Positions 47,045 to 57,469 of a stretch of 64,000 nt of DNA are shown here, in pieces; position 1 is the first letter of the stretch, and each line of letters begins with the position of its first letter. A program made the translations under genes and the position numbers. The notes beneath the pieces are model-generated. The model worked only from the letters and a program-made list of their open reading frames with translations, was not told where the DNA came from and made no database searches. The stretch comes from Microcoleus sp. (lineage in GTDB: Bacteria; Cyanobacteriota; Cyanobacteriia; Cyanobacteriales; Microcoleaceae): NCBI GenBank assembly GCA_042408215.1, contig JAYFMW010000008.1, forward strand, positions 224,001-288,000, in the 5' to 3' direction.

Positions 47045-49117
47045 ATGCGTCAAGCTATTGTTGTTAAGGGTTTGGGGAAACGTTTTAACCGCTACAGCGC
47101 CGAGCGACCTTTGACGATTATGGAGGCCGCTTTGTGGGGATGGTGGCGGATGAAACCCCAGGCTCATTTTTGGGCGCTACGAGATGTTAATTTTACGGTT
47201 TCTCCTGGGGAAATGCTGGGAATTATTGGCAAAAACGGGGCCGGAAAATCGACACTATTACAACTTGTTGGCGGTATCGGCCATGCTGAGGAAGGCACTA
47301 TTCAAGTTAATGGCAGAATTGGCGGTTTGTTGGATTTGGGTGCGGGTTTTCACTCGGATTTAACTGGTAGAGAAAATGTGTTTGTGGGGGCGGTGGTGGC
47401 CGGTTTGACTCGCCGGGAAGCGGCGCGTCGGTTTGATGATATTGTTGCTTTTGCAGAGTTGGAAAAGTTTATTGACAGCCCGATGCGGACTTACAGTACG
47501 GGGATGCAAATGCGGTTGGCTTTTTCGGTGGCGGTTCACACTGATCCAGAGGTGCTTTTAGTAGATGAACATTTGTCGGTTGGGGATGTGGCTTTTCAAA
47601 CTAAATGTTTGAATAAGATCAATGATTTTAAGAGTCAAGGTTGTGCGATTGTTTTGATTTCTCACATGGCGGAGCAAATTCAGAAAATGTGCGATCGGGC
47701 TTTGTGGTTGCGATCGGGTACAATCATGGCTTACGGGGAGACTGAAGTCGTAGTCAGTCAGTATTTGTCGGAAATGGGTTCGGAAACTGAAATACTTAAT
47801 CCCCTGACTCTTCATCAAGTAACAAGTACCGTTTCTCCACAGCGAGTTAATCAAAATTGCTTCGGTTCTTTAGGGGTAAAAATTACGGATGTTAAAATAT
47901 TACCTGATGGGGGAATTGACAGTGGTGATTCTGTGACTATTGAGATTCAATATTCGGTATTAAAGTCAATTTCTGATGCGATATTTGGGGTAACAATTAC
48001 CCGGAAAGACGGTCAAGTTTGTTTTGATATTAAGACGAATCAAATCGGTAAGTTGCTACCGCTGGCTCAGGGGGATGGCAAAATTAGGCTACATTTGGAT
48101 AGATTAGATTTGGGGAATGGTCAATATTATGTAAATGCTGGGGTTTATGAGAAAACTTTGGCTTATGCTTACGATTATCGCCACCAAGTTTATCCGTTGT
48201 ATGTGCGATCGCCTGTACGCCAAAACACGATTCTTTGTCCTCCTTACCGCTGGGAGTGGGATGGCGAAATGCAGGTTTCGGAATTGCCGGATCGAGTTGA
48301 CAAAACTCACCCTATGAATAAAAATAATCCGGCTTATGGCAAAATTTTGACTCAGTTGAAAACGAAGAATCATCCTAATTTTTTACTGTTAGGTTCTCAA
48401 CAATGCGGTGTTGAGGCCTTGTATGGATGTCTGGAAAATTACTTGCAAATTATTCAAGCAGGTGCTAGGAAAGTTCACTTTTTTGAATTGAATTACGATC
48501 GCGGTGTAGAGTGGTACAGCAAGCAGTTGAGTCAGGGTGTGGTGGGAGATACAGTGCTGCGATGGGAGATGACTCCTGAGTATATGGATCATCCTTTGGT
48601 GGCGGAGCGGGTTTATCAGTGTTTCCCGGATGTTAAACTGATTATGATGCTCAGAAATCCAGTGCAAAGAGCATGGATGCACTATAATTTAGAAGTGGCG
48701 ATGGGTTTTGAAGAATTCGATGTTACAAAGGCGATCGCTTCTGAGTGCGATCGGCTAGCAGGCGAAATTGAGAAACTTCGCTCTAGTCCAAATTATCACA
48801 GTTTTAATCACCAGCATTATTCCTATTTATCGCGGGGAATTTATGTGGAACAAATCAAGAATTGGCTGGACTATTTCCCAAGAGAACAGTTGTTGATTTT
48901 GAAGACTGAGGATTTTCAGGAAAATCCTGGTAAGGTATTTTCTAAGGTGTTGGATTTCTTGGATATTAGCGCTAGTGCTGTCAAGGAATACGAGATTAAT
49001 AGTGTGGAGGATTATAGTAAAATGCCGGAGGCGATGGAAGACAAATTAATCGGTTATTTTAAGCCTTATAATCGGGAACTTTCTGATTTGTTGAAAGAGG
49101 ATTTTAGTTGGAGTTAG
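47045..49117 (+). CDS. wzt: Wzt ABC ATPase + Wzt C-terminal domain + fused sulfotransferase-like domain
   Basis: GKNGAGKST, YSTGMQMRLAF, VDEHLSVGD; C-terminal KVHFFELNYDRGVEWY, EMTPEY, LRNPVQRA, YLSRGIY. Confidence 0.9.
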   Translation: MRQAIVVKGLGKRFNRYSAERPLTIMEAALWGWWRMKPQAHFWALRDVNFTVSPGEMLGIIGKNGAGKSTLLQLVGGIGHAEEGTIQVNGRIGGLLDLGAGFHSDLTGRENVFVGAVVAGLTRREAARRFDDIVAFAELEKFIDSPMRTYSTGMQMRLAFSVAVHTDPEVLLVDEHLSVGDVAFQTKCLNKINDFKSQGCAIVLISHMAEQIQKMCDRALWLRSGTIMAYGETEVVVSQYLSEMGSETEILNPLTLHQVTSTVSPQRVNQNCFGSLGVKITDVKILPDGGIDSGDSVTIEIQYSVLKSISDAIFGVTITRKDGQVCFDIKTNQIGKLLPLAQGDGKIRLHLDRLDLGNGQYYVNAGVYEKTLAYAYDYRHQVYPLYVRSPVRQNTILCPPYRWEWDGEMQVSELPDRVDKTHPMNKNNPAYGKILTQLKTKNHPNFLLLGSQQCGVEALYGCLENYLQIIQAGARKVHFFELNYDRGVEWYSKQLSQGVVGDTVLRWEMTPEYMDHPLVAERVYQCFPDVKLIMMLRNPVQRAWMHYNLEVAMGFEEFDVTKAIASECDRLAGEIEKLRSSPNYHSFNHQHYSYLSRGIYVEQIKNWLDYFPREQLLILKTEDFQENPGKVFSKVLDFLDISASAVKEYEINSVEDYSKMPEAMEDKLIGYFKPYNRELSDLLKEDFSWS

Positions 49118-49120
49118 GGA

Positions 49121-50560
49121 AAGAGTTTTTTACCGCAGAGAGCGCAGAGAGCGCAGAGAGTTCTGAAAGGAAGATGAATCATACCTCTTTCTGCTCTTCC
49201 TCGGTGTCCTCTGCGCTCTCTGTGGTTAATTCAAAAAAATCTCATTCACCAACAAGAGTTTTTTACCGCAGAGAGCGCAGAGAGCGCAGAGAGTGCTGAA
49301 AGGAACATGAATCATACCTCTTTCTGCTCTTCCTCAGTGTCCTCTGCGCTCTCTGTGGTTAATTCAAAAAAATCTCATTCACCAACAAGAGTTTTTTACC
49401 GCAGAGAGCGCAGAGAGCGCAGAGAGTTCTGAAAGGAAGATGAATCATACCTCTTTCTTCTCTTCCTCAGTGTCCTCTGCGCTCTCTGTGGTTAATTAAA
49501 AAAAATCTCGTTCACCAACGCTTGATCAAGTATCATAATGAAAAGAGTTTTTTACCGCAGAGAGCGCAGAGAGCGCAGAGAGTTCTGGAAGGAAGATGAA
49601 TCATACCTCTTTCTGCTCTTCCTCAGTGTCCTCTGCGCTCTCTGTGGTTAATTCAAAAAAATCTCATTCACCAACAAGAGTTTTTTACCGCAGAGAGCGC
49701 AGAGAGCGCAGAGAGTTCTGAAAGGAAGATGAATCATACCTCTTTCTTCTCTTCCTCAGTGTCCTCTGCGCTCTCTGTGGTTAATTAAAAAAAATCTCGT
49801 TCACCAACGCTTGATCAAGTATCATAATGAAAAGAGTTTTTTACCGCAGAGAGCGCAGAGAGCGCAGAGAGTTCTGGAAGGAAGATGAATCATACCTCTT
49901 TCTGCTCTTCCTCGGTGTCCTCTGCGCTCTCTGTGGTTAATTAAAAAAAATCTCATTTACCAACAAGAGTTTTTTACCGCAGAGAGCGCAGAGAGCGCAG
50001 AGAGTGCTGAAAGGAACATGAATCATACCTCTTTCTTCTCTTCCTCAGTGTCCTCTGCGCTCTCTGTGGTTAATTAAAAAAAATCTCATTTACCAACACT
50101 TGATCAAGTATCATAATGAAAAGAGTTTTTTACCGCAGAGAGCGCAGAGAGCGCAGAGAGTGCTGAAAGGAACATGAATCATACCTCTTTCTGCTCTTCC
50201 TCGGTGTCCTCTGCGCTCTCTGTGGTTCATTAAAAAAAATCTCATTTACCAACAAGAGTTTTTTACCGCAGAGAGCGCAGAGAGCGCAGAGAGTTCTGGA
50301 AGGAAGATGAATCATACCTCTTTCTGCTCTTCCTCGGTGTCCTCTGCGCTCTCTGTGGTTAATTAAAAAAAATCTCATTTACCAACGCTCGATCAAGTAT
50401 CATAATGAAAAGAGTTTTTTACCGCAGAGAGCGCAGAGAGCGCAGAGAGTTCTGAAAGGAAGATGAATCATACCTCTTTCTGCTCTTCCTCGGTGTCCTC
50501 TGCGCTCTCTGTGGTTAATTAAAAAAAATCTCATTCACAAATAATTTATCAAGTATCATA
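49121..50560. repeat. Tandem array of 10 palindromic units of about 133 or 156 bp
   Basis: AAGAGTTTTTTACCGCAGAGAGCGCAGAG... starts at about 49121, 49254, 49387, 49542, 49676, 49832, 49965, 50121, 50254, 50410. Confidence 0.95.
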
Positions 50561-53002
50561 ATGAAACGGATATTTCTAGTTGGTCCTCCCAGAAGCGGTA
50601 CAACACTACTTCAAAGTTTGTTAGCCTCTCATCCTGAAGTTATTTCTTTTCCTGAATCTAAGTTTTTTCACTATTTACTGTATAATAAGTTTGTCAAAAA
50701 GTTTCCCGATAGACTGTCAGCTTTTTTTAAGGATGAGATTAATCGTCCTGAGTTTTTGCAGAATTTTGATAATAGCAAATCTACGGAACTTAAAGTGAGT
50801 TGGTTTGTCGGAGTTTTAGATAGTTTGGCTGCGGAAGAGCAGAAAAGCATTTGGTTGGAAAAAACGCCGGAACACATATATTTTATTAAAGATATAGAGC
50901 GTTTTTTACCCGATGCTAAATTTATACATATTTTGCGAAATGGTATGGATACCATCGCTTCTCTCTATGAAGCTACTAGGATTTCTCCAGAATTGTGGGG
51001 GGATGGTTGGGATTTAGACCATTGTATTAAACGTTGGCAAGAAGGGGTGTTAATTAGCCATAGCTATGCTCATAAATCTCATCATAAATTGGTTAAATAT
51101 GAGGATCTTTTAGAGAATAAAACTAAATTTTTGGCTGATATTTGTGATTTTCTTGGCATTGAGTATGATAGTAAAATGCTGGTTAATTATAAAGCTAAAG
51201 CTGCTAATTTGAGTTTGAATTTACCTTGGCATAAGGGAATTGAAAGAGATATTCAAAGCACTAAGGTTCACAAATATCATACTTTTTTTAATAGCCATGA
51301 AATTCAATATATTTTAGATAAAATCAAGTGGATAAATTCTGAAATTGTCTATAAGGTTAAGGTGGAGGTGACTGAACCTATTTCGGATATTTCTATTCCG
51401 CAAATATTCGATCGCCTTTGCTGTACAATCCAACTAGAAGGTGTTAAACTGGGTATTGTTGAATTGCCAGTCTGTGACGGGATGGTGGCTGGTGTGGTTT
51501 TGGCGGATGCGATCGCAGCTAAGTTTGCTTGGCCAATTCTCCAACGCTTTTTTCAACACAGAGCCTGGGAAAGTATACATAAATTATCGGAAAGTTCTCT
51601 GAGTAGATTGCATCGGAAACTTCAGTGGAGGGAATTTTTACAGGAAATATGGGATTGTCCAATTTCATCTTCTGATTATTTCTCTAATCCCAATTTAACT
51701 ATCGATGAAGCATCAATTATTAGTCTGACTGAAGACTTGATTGTGGTGGAGCTTAGCGCCGAATTGCCTAATATTAAAGTTGACCTTTCGGAAATAGATG
51801 TGCTGGTAAAAGTAGGCGGAGTTGCGGTGGGGATTGTAACTGTTGCGGTTGATAATAATTTTGTTTCTGCTCAACAATTGCGATCGACAATTACTCAATA
51901 TACTAACTTTGAATTGTGTGTTGCTGCTGTGCGATCGGCTTTGTTGGGAAAACCGCTAAATGGTAAGATGTCGCTGCGATCGCATTTAGCCACATCTGCT
52001 CAACAAATGGCGAATGCGCCCGAAAGGTTGAATGCAGCGGGTTCTGAGGGCATTTACTCCCAAAATGCGGTGATATTTGGCAGGCACGAGGGGGCGATCG
52101 GAACGAGTGCTAGTCGTCGGGCCGCACTACCAGCGGCGGCGCTGCGGGAATTAGCAGAAGCTGCGGAAATTGCGGGGGAACCGATCATGCAAATTCCCCT
52201 AGATAACGAGTTACCGAAACAAGTAATTTACGCACCGGAAATCATGGCGCGAAAGTCGCCCTATAAAGCAGTTTCTCAATTAACTGAAACTCAAGTTTTT
52301 CACAATCAGACAGTTAATCAAAAGCTCCCAATTTTTGCCTACCGTCGCATTTCTCCTAAGGGTTTAAATGCAATTAATCCGCAGGTTTTTGAACAACAGT
52401 TGCAGCGTCTTAAAAACCAAGGTTACTATAGTGTTAGTTGGTCAAGTTTGTCCAGTGCGAAACTAACTAAAACTGCTTTACCTGGTAAACCTATATTGCT
52501 GACTTTTGACGGCGGCTATCAGGACTTTTGTGAATATGCTTTACCTTTGCTAAAACGCTTTGACTTTACAGCAACTGTTTTTCTAGTAGCAGAGTCGATA
52601 GGAAAGACAAATAGTTGGGAAAAAGCCGACTCTGAAGAATTACAGTTAATGGGATGGCCGGAAATTCTGCAACTGCGGGATGCAGGGATTGAGTTTGGTT
52701 CCATGTCTGCGACTTATCAACCTCTGACTGGTTTGTCGCCGACAGAAATTGTGCGGGAAGGGGCGAAATCTCGTGCTATTTTGCAACGGGGATTGGGGAA
52801 ACCTGTCGAATCTTTTGCTTATCCCTACGGAAATGTTGATGAAATTGTCAAGCATTTAATTGGGGCGATTGGCTATACTTTTGGTGTATGTTACGGGTCA
52901 AAATATAGTAGTTTTGATGATTCTTTATTGTCGCTACCCCGCATTCAAGTAGGGTGCGTCAGAAAGCGAGATTTTCGCCTCAACCAAAAATCTCTCAACT
53001 GA
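50561..53002 (+). CDS. Sulfotransferase + NodB-like polysaccharide deacetylase fusion
   Basis: GPPRSGTTLL, WLEKTP, FIHILRNG..S in the N-terminal part; ILLTFDGGY, ATVFLV, SFAYPYG, LPRI in the C-terminal part. Confidence 0.88.
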   Translation: MKRIFLVGPPRSGTTLLQSLLASHPEVISFPESKFFHYLLYNKFVKKFPDRLSAFFKDEINRPEFLQNFDNSKSTELKVSWFVGVLDSLAAEEQKSIWLEKTPEHIYFIKDIERFLPDAKFIHILRNGMDTIASLYEATRISPELWGDGWDLDHCIKRWQEGVLISHSYAHKSHHKLVKYEDLLENKTKFLADICDFLGIEYDSKMLVNYKAKAANLSLNLPWHKGIERDIQSTKVHKYHTFFNSHEIQYILDKIKWINSEIVYKVKVEVTEPISDISIPQIFDRLCCTIQLEGVKLGIVELPVCDGMVAGVVLADAIAAKFAWPILQRFFQHRAWESIHKLSESSLSRLHRKLQWREFLQEIWDCPISSSDYFSNPNLTIDEASIISLTEDLIVVELSAELPNIKVDLSEIDVLVKVGGVAVGIVTVAVDNNFVSAQQLRSTITQYTNFELCVAAVRSALLGKPLNGKMSLRSHLATSAQQMANAPERLNAAGSEGIYSQNAVIFGRHEGAIGTSASRRAALPAAALRELAEAAEIAGEPIMQIPLDNELPKQVIYAPEIMARKSPYKAVSQLTETQVFHNQTVNQKLPIFAYRRISPKGLNAINPQVFEQQLQRLKNQGYYSVSWSSLSSAKLTKTALPGKPILLTFDGGYQDFCEYALPLLKRFDFTATVFLVAESIGKTNSWEKADSEELQLMGWPEILQLRDAGIEFGSMSATYQPLTGLSPTEIVREGAKSRAILQRGLGKPVESFAYPYGNVDEIVKHLIGAIGYTFGVCYGSKYSSFDDSLLSLPRIQVGCVRKRDFRLNQKSLN

Positions 53003-53151
53003 CGCACCTTACTAACTGAGTAGGGTGCGTCAGCCAGGGAAACAGTCACCGCAACTAACAATCTCTCAACTGACGCACCTTACCTTAGTAGGGTGCGTCA
53101 GAAAGCGAGATTTTCGCCTCAACCAAAAATCTCTCAACTGACGCACCTTAC
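52949..53151. repeat. Three REP-like GTAGGGTGCGTCAG...CTGACGCACCTTAC hairpins
   Basis: Located between convergent genes; the first copy overlaps the last codons of the fusion gene. Confidence 0.85.
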
Positions 53152-54369
53152 CAATGAAATCCCTTAATCAATCCCTGGATTTTCCGCCACAAATAACCGC
53201 CTAATCCTCTGGATATTTTCTCAAACTTATAATCAAACAAAATATCCATCACATCTTCCGTTTTCATGTACTTTAAATAAGAAATTGTTTGATCGGTAAG
53301 TTCGTCATTCACATCATCGATATACTTTCTCACAGCCAATCTTTCTGAAATATTCCATTTCCGATCAAACTTGCAGTGCATTTCCGTCTCATAATCCCGA
53401 AAATCTGATATTTTACGATCCAAATACATTTGAATATATTTTCCCGCTATTTCCGCACCATCCATCCCGTGTCTAATCCCTTCGCCGCCCAGAAAGTTAA
53501 CCGTAGAAACAGTATCGCCGATCGCAATTATATTATCCTTGCAATAAATATCTTTCAAACCCTGACTATATTTAAGCGTGGAACCGTGTTTGTCAATAAT
53601 TTTATAGTTTTTAGACTTCAGATATTCATCAATCAGTAAATCTATATATTTTTTCAGCGGTGACAAATGCCTAATAGTTTTGGAATCTAAAAAAATGCGG
53701 CCCGCACCAACTTTCAGCCTATTTTGTTCCATTGGAAAAATCCAAGAATAACCTTTTGGCATCCATTTTTCGCCCAAAAAAAAGATTAAATCACCGCTGT
53801 ATTTATTGTAAACTTCTGGTTCTACTTCAATTAAATATTCGATGCCGGTTCCCGACAAAAAATCTGGTTTATCATTTTCTTTATCATACATAATAGCCCT
53901 AGCAAAACCCGTAGCATCAACTAATACTTTAGTGCTAACTTTGATAAGTTGACCGTCGGATAGCTGTTTAAATTCTACTAGAGTTTCGCCGTTTGCTTGT
54001 GAGTGTCGAATGTAGCGATAACCCAGCCAAACTTCACTACCCAGTCGCTGCACTTCACTGGCGAGAAATGCTCTAAATTTAGCAAAGTTTAGAACAACTC
54101 CCAAGCTTTGAGGAGACTCCCAAGTTTGACTGACTTTGCTAGTTTCAATAGTAAGTTTGTGCCAAAAACTGCCGATTACTGATTCGGGTAAATCGAATTG
54201 AGAGAGGGTTTCTAGAGGTGTGGCGGCACTGGAAAAGTCATTTTTATCAAAAGTGTCGTTTTGCTCTGCAAGCAAGACTTTGCGGCCGGATTTTGCTAAT
54301 ATTCTCGCACAGTGGCCAGCCAGCCGGGCCTGCTCCTACTATTACTATATCAAAACTTGTCAAAGTCAT
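53148..54369 (-). CDS. FAD-dependent oxidoreductase, geranylgeranyl-reductase-like (apparent +1 frameshift at about 54318-54321)
   Basis: MTLTSFDIVIVGAGPAG Rossmann start at 54369 is one base out of frame with GHCARILAKSGRKVLLAE...VDATG...GYSWIFP...IGDTVSTVNFLGGEGIRHG. Confidence 0.88.
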
Positions 54370-54423
54370 TTTGCCTTTTTCACAAACTTTTTTTCTACTG
54401 TTTAAAATTAGTTGGGATTGCTT

Positions 54424-54792
54424 TTAACTCGCTCCCAAAGTCAAAATACCCGCAGACATATCAACTAATAACCGTCGAGTTTTCAGCCACTGGCGGCCGA
54501 TTAAAAATTCCGGTACTCCGTCACCTACATGAACAGGAATGTCAAACTCTTGCTCATCTATGCGTACTTTTCCTGCATAAAGATCGAAATTGAATTCTCC
54601 CTTAGCTGTTTTCATTTTTTCGCGCTGAATATAAATCCAATCAAGTCCTTCTAAATCCTGACTGTCCATTGCTAACCAGCCCGAAAAACCTGTATCTAGC
54701 AGAGCATCAACAGGTAATTCTAAGCCGTTATCAGCAATCAATTCAACTTCAAAAAACAGCTCGTCCTCATCACCAAATCTTCCTTCAATCAT
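54424..54792 (-). CDS. Clan AA aspartic protease-like protein
   Basis: ALLDTGFSG catalytic motif and LIGRQWL. Confidence 0.82.
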   Translation of the reverse strand: MIEGRFGDEDELFFEVELIADNGLELPVDALLDTGFSGWLAMDSQDLEGLDWIYIQREKMKTAKGEFNFDLYAGKVRIDEQEFDIPVHVGDGVPEFLIGRQWLKTRRLLVDMSAGILTLGAS

Positions 54793-55106
54793 ATCGTGCC
54801 ACAAACTCCGGTTTCATTGATCCGAAAGACTTGCGGGATAGCATTGGGATGTTTCTGGCGACACATTTTTCCAGCGGCTAACGAATCTTTTTCGATAAAA
54901 TGTTCCCCGCTGTCGGGTTCAACTGCTATGTACCAGTTGTAGTGGGTTTTAATCAATTCTGGTTTGAGGCGATCGAAAATTGGTTTGCAGCGTTGATAAA
55001 ATGCTTCTCTTTCAGCTCGCCACTGAGCTTTTTTTTCTTCTGACCACTGAATTTCGGGGAACAATCTTCCCCGTCGCACGGTGCGATTTGGTTTCACATT
55101 ATTCAT
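54789..55106 (-). CDS. Small hypothetical protein coupled to the aspartic protease gene
   Basis: AAGGAG RBS, WYIAVEPDSG motif, ATGA overlap with the protease gene. Confidence 0.75.
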   Translation of the reverse strand: MNNVKPNRTVRRGRLFPEIQWSEEKKAQWRAEREAFYQRCKPIFDRLKPELIKTHYNWYIAVEPDSGEHFIEKDSLAAGKMCRQKHPNAIPQVFRINETGVCGTI

Positions 55107-55210
55107 TGTTGATTCTCCTTGATGGAAGTAGTTAGCTGTAAGGTGCGCAGTGCGCACCCTACAATTCTAGCTAGTAAGGTGCCCAGTGCGCACCCTACAA
55201 TTCTAGCTAA

Positions 55211-57118
55211 TTAGACGCTAACAGGTGACTGTTTGTGGCTGAATGTTGCCAATATGCGATCGCACATTTGTGACGGATTTAACCCTAAACTTGCAAAGGA
55301 TTCCTCTGGCGTTGCATGATCTACCAATGTATCAGGCACGCCCAGCCGCATCACTGGTACAACAACATTATTGTCTAGCAAAGCTTCGGCTACTGCTGAA
55401 CCAAAACCACCCATCAAACAGCCTTCTTCCATTGTGACAACTTTGCCAATTCGCTGTGCCAAAGGTAAGATTAATTCGGTATCTAAGGGCTTGACAAAAC
55501 GCGCATTAATCACAGTTGCTTCTATGCCGTGTTCGCTCAAAATCTCGGCGGTTTGCATTGCCGGATAAACCATTGAACCGTAACCTAAGATTAGCAAGTC
55601 GTCCCCGTTGCGGAGGATTTCGGCTTTGCCGATCGCCAATTCTTCCCAACCTTCTTCCATCAAAGGCACGCCGTAACCGTTACCACGCGGGTAACGCATG
55701 GCGATCGGACCGCTTGTATGGTTAATTCCCGTGACTACCATCCGCTGCAATTCTGCCTCGTCTTTTGGAGCCATAATCACCAGATTTGGCAGACAGCGCA
55801 AGTAAGCAATGTCGTACATTCCTTGGTGAGTTGGGCCGTCAGCACCGACGATTCCGGCTCGATCTAAACAGAAGAAAACCGGCAAGTTTTGGATGCAGAC
55901 ATCGTGAACTATTTGGTCATATCCCCGCTGCAAAAACGTCGAATAAATTGCCACTACCGGGCGCATTCCTTCGCAGGCTAAACCAGCCGATAAAGTAACG
56001 GCGTGCTGTTCGGCAATGCCGACATCAATGTACTGTTTCGGCAGTTTTTCCTGAAGTTTATCTAAGCCAGTTCCGGTTGCCATTGCCGCAGTAATACCGA
56101 CTATTTTCGGATTATCTGCTGCTAGTTTAACTAAACAGTGGGAAAAGACTTTAGAGTAAGCGGGAGGCTTGGGTTTGGTCGAAGGAACGCCTTTACCAGT
56201 GGCTAAATTAAACGGGCTTTGGGCGTGATATCCTACTTGGTCTTTTTCGGCGATCGCATATCCTTTGCCCTTCACCGTCACAACGTGAACTAGCACCGGG
56301 CCTTGGATAGTATGACCTTGTTTGAAAGTAGCAATTAACTCTGCCAAATTGTGTCCGTCTACCGGGCCCATGTAGGTAAAGCCCAATTCTTCAATTACGG
56401 CTCCAACTTTCGACACCGCTAACCGTTTCATTCCTTCTTTGAGGCGTTCCATTTCTGGGGTAAATGTTTCGCCCACAAAGGGAATGTGTTTGAATTGTTC
56501 CTCTAAGTTATCTTTGAGAAATTGCACCGGCTGCGAGAGTCGCATTTTGTTCAAATAGCGGGTAATTGCGCCAACATTGGGCGAGATTGACATCTCGTTG
56601 TCGTTAAGCACTACCATCAAATTGGTTTTCGGCATATGGCCCGCGTGGTTGATCGCTTCGAGTGCCATACCCCCTGTCAGGGCACCGTCGCCGATGACTG
56701 CTACAGTTTTAAAGTTTTCGCCTTTGAGGTCGCGCGCCATTGCCATCCCTAGAGCTGCGGAAATGCTCGTAGAAGCGTGGCCAGCACCAAAATGGTCAAA
56801 TTTGTTCTCGGAGCGCTTGAGGTAGCCTGCAACGCCGTCTTTTTGGCGTAGGGTGTGGAATTGGTTGTAGCGGCCGGTGATCAATTTGTGCGGATAAGCT
56901 TGGTGGCCGACATCCCAGGTTACTTTGTCGCGATCGAGGTCAAGTGTCTGGTACAGTGCTAAAGTCAGTTCGACTACACCCAATCCGGGGCCGAGGTGGC
57001 CGCCACTGGCTGCTACAGTTTCTAAATGCTTTTCTCGAATTTGTCGAGCAATTTGTTCCAGTTGATGAATGGACAAGCCGTGTAATTGGTTTGGGTGAGT
57101 CAGTTCGCTGAGATGCAT
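55211..57118 (-). CDS. dxs: 1-deoxy-D-xylulose-5-phosphate synthase
   Basis: [50 protein letters not shown]. Confidence 0.98.
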   Translation of the reverse strand: MHLSELTHPNQLHGLSIHQLEQIARQIREKHLETVAASGGHLGPGLGVVELTLALYQTLDLDRDKVTWDVGHQAYPHKLITGRYNQFHTLRQKDGVAGYLKRSENKFDHFGAGHASTSISAALGMAMARDLKGENFKTVAVIGDGALTGGMALEAINHAGHMPKTNLMVVLNDNEMSISPNVGAITRYLNKMRLSQPVQFLKDNLEEQFKHIPFVGETFTPEMERLKEGMKRLAVSKVGAVIEELGFTYMGPVDGHNLAELIATFKQGHTIQGPVLVHVVTVKGKGYAIAEKDQVGYHAQSPFNLATGKGVPSTKPKPPAYSKVFSHCLVKLAADNPKIVGITAAMATGTGLDKLQEKLPKQYIDVGIAEQHAVTLSAGLACEGMRPVVAIYSTFLQRGYDQIVHDVCIQNLPVFFCLDRAGIVGADGPTHQGMYDIAYLRCLPNLVIMAPKDEAELQRMVVTGINHTSGPIAMRYPRGNGYGVPLMEEGWEELAIGKAEILRNGDDLLILGYGSMVYPAMQTAEILSEHGIEATVINARFVKPLDTELILPLAQRIGKVVTMEEGCLMGGFGSAVAEALLDNNVVVPVMRLGVPDTLVDHATPEESFASLGLNPSQMCDRILATFSHKQSPVSV

Positions 57119-57307
57119 ATTTTAAAATCTTGCTCCTGTGAATCAGGACGAATCCTTAACAGCTATAGGTTGAGCCTGCGACGCTTGGGACACGCAAACT
57201 TAGAATAGTTTAGCGGTTATTTGGGAAAAACTGTGAGGCGTAACAATTTTATTATTTCTGACCTGGCAATTCTAGTAAATAAATTGTTAAAAATCAATAT
57301 AAATTAC

Positions 57308-57462
57308 GAACCGGTTTGTAGTAAGGACGACCGTCCTGATTCTTTTATACTCGCAGCTCAAATTTCACAAAATGCTATTACAGTCAGAAAATGACTGATT
57401 TTTGAGATAGCAAGGACTAAAGTCCTGACTACGAACCGGTTTGTAGTCAGGACTTTAGTCCT
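57308..57462. repeat. REP-like ACGAACCGGTTTGTAGT.AGGAC...GTCCT repeats
   Basis: Two to three related palindromic copies between yyaL and dxs. Confidence 0.7.
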
Positions 57463-57469
57463 TATTATT

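Noticed and set aside
49121..50560. CRISPR array, or an NsiR1-like sRNA array (133-bp period)
   Set aside because: There are no unique spacers and no cas genes. The units are long, near-identical CGCAGAG-type palindromes. Only the period resembles NsiR1, and the gene context differs.
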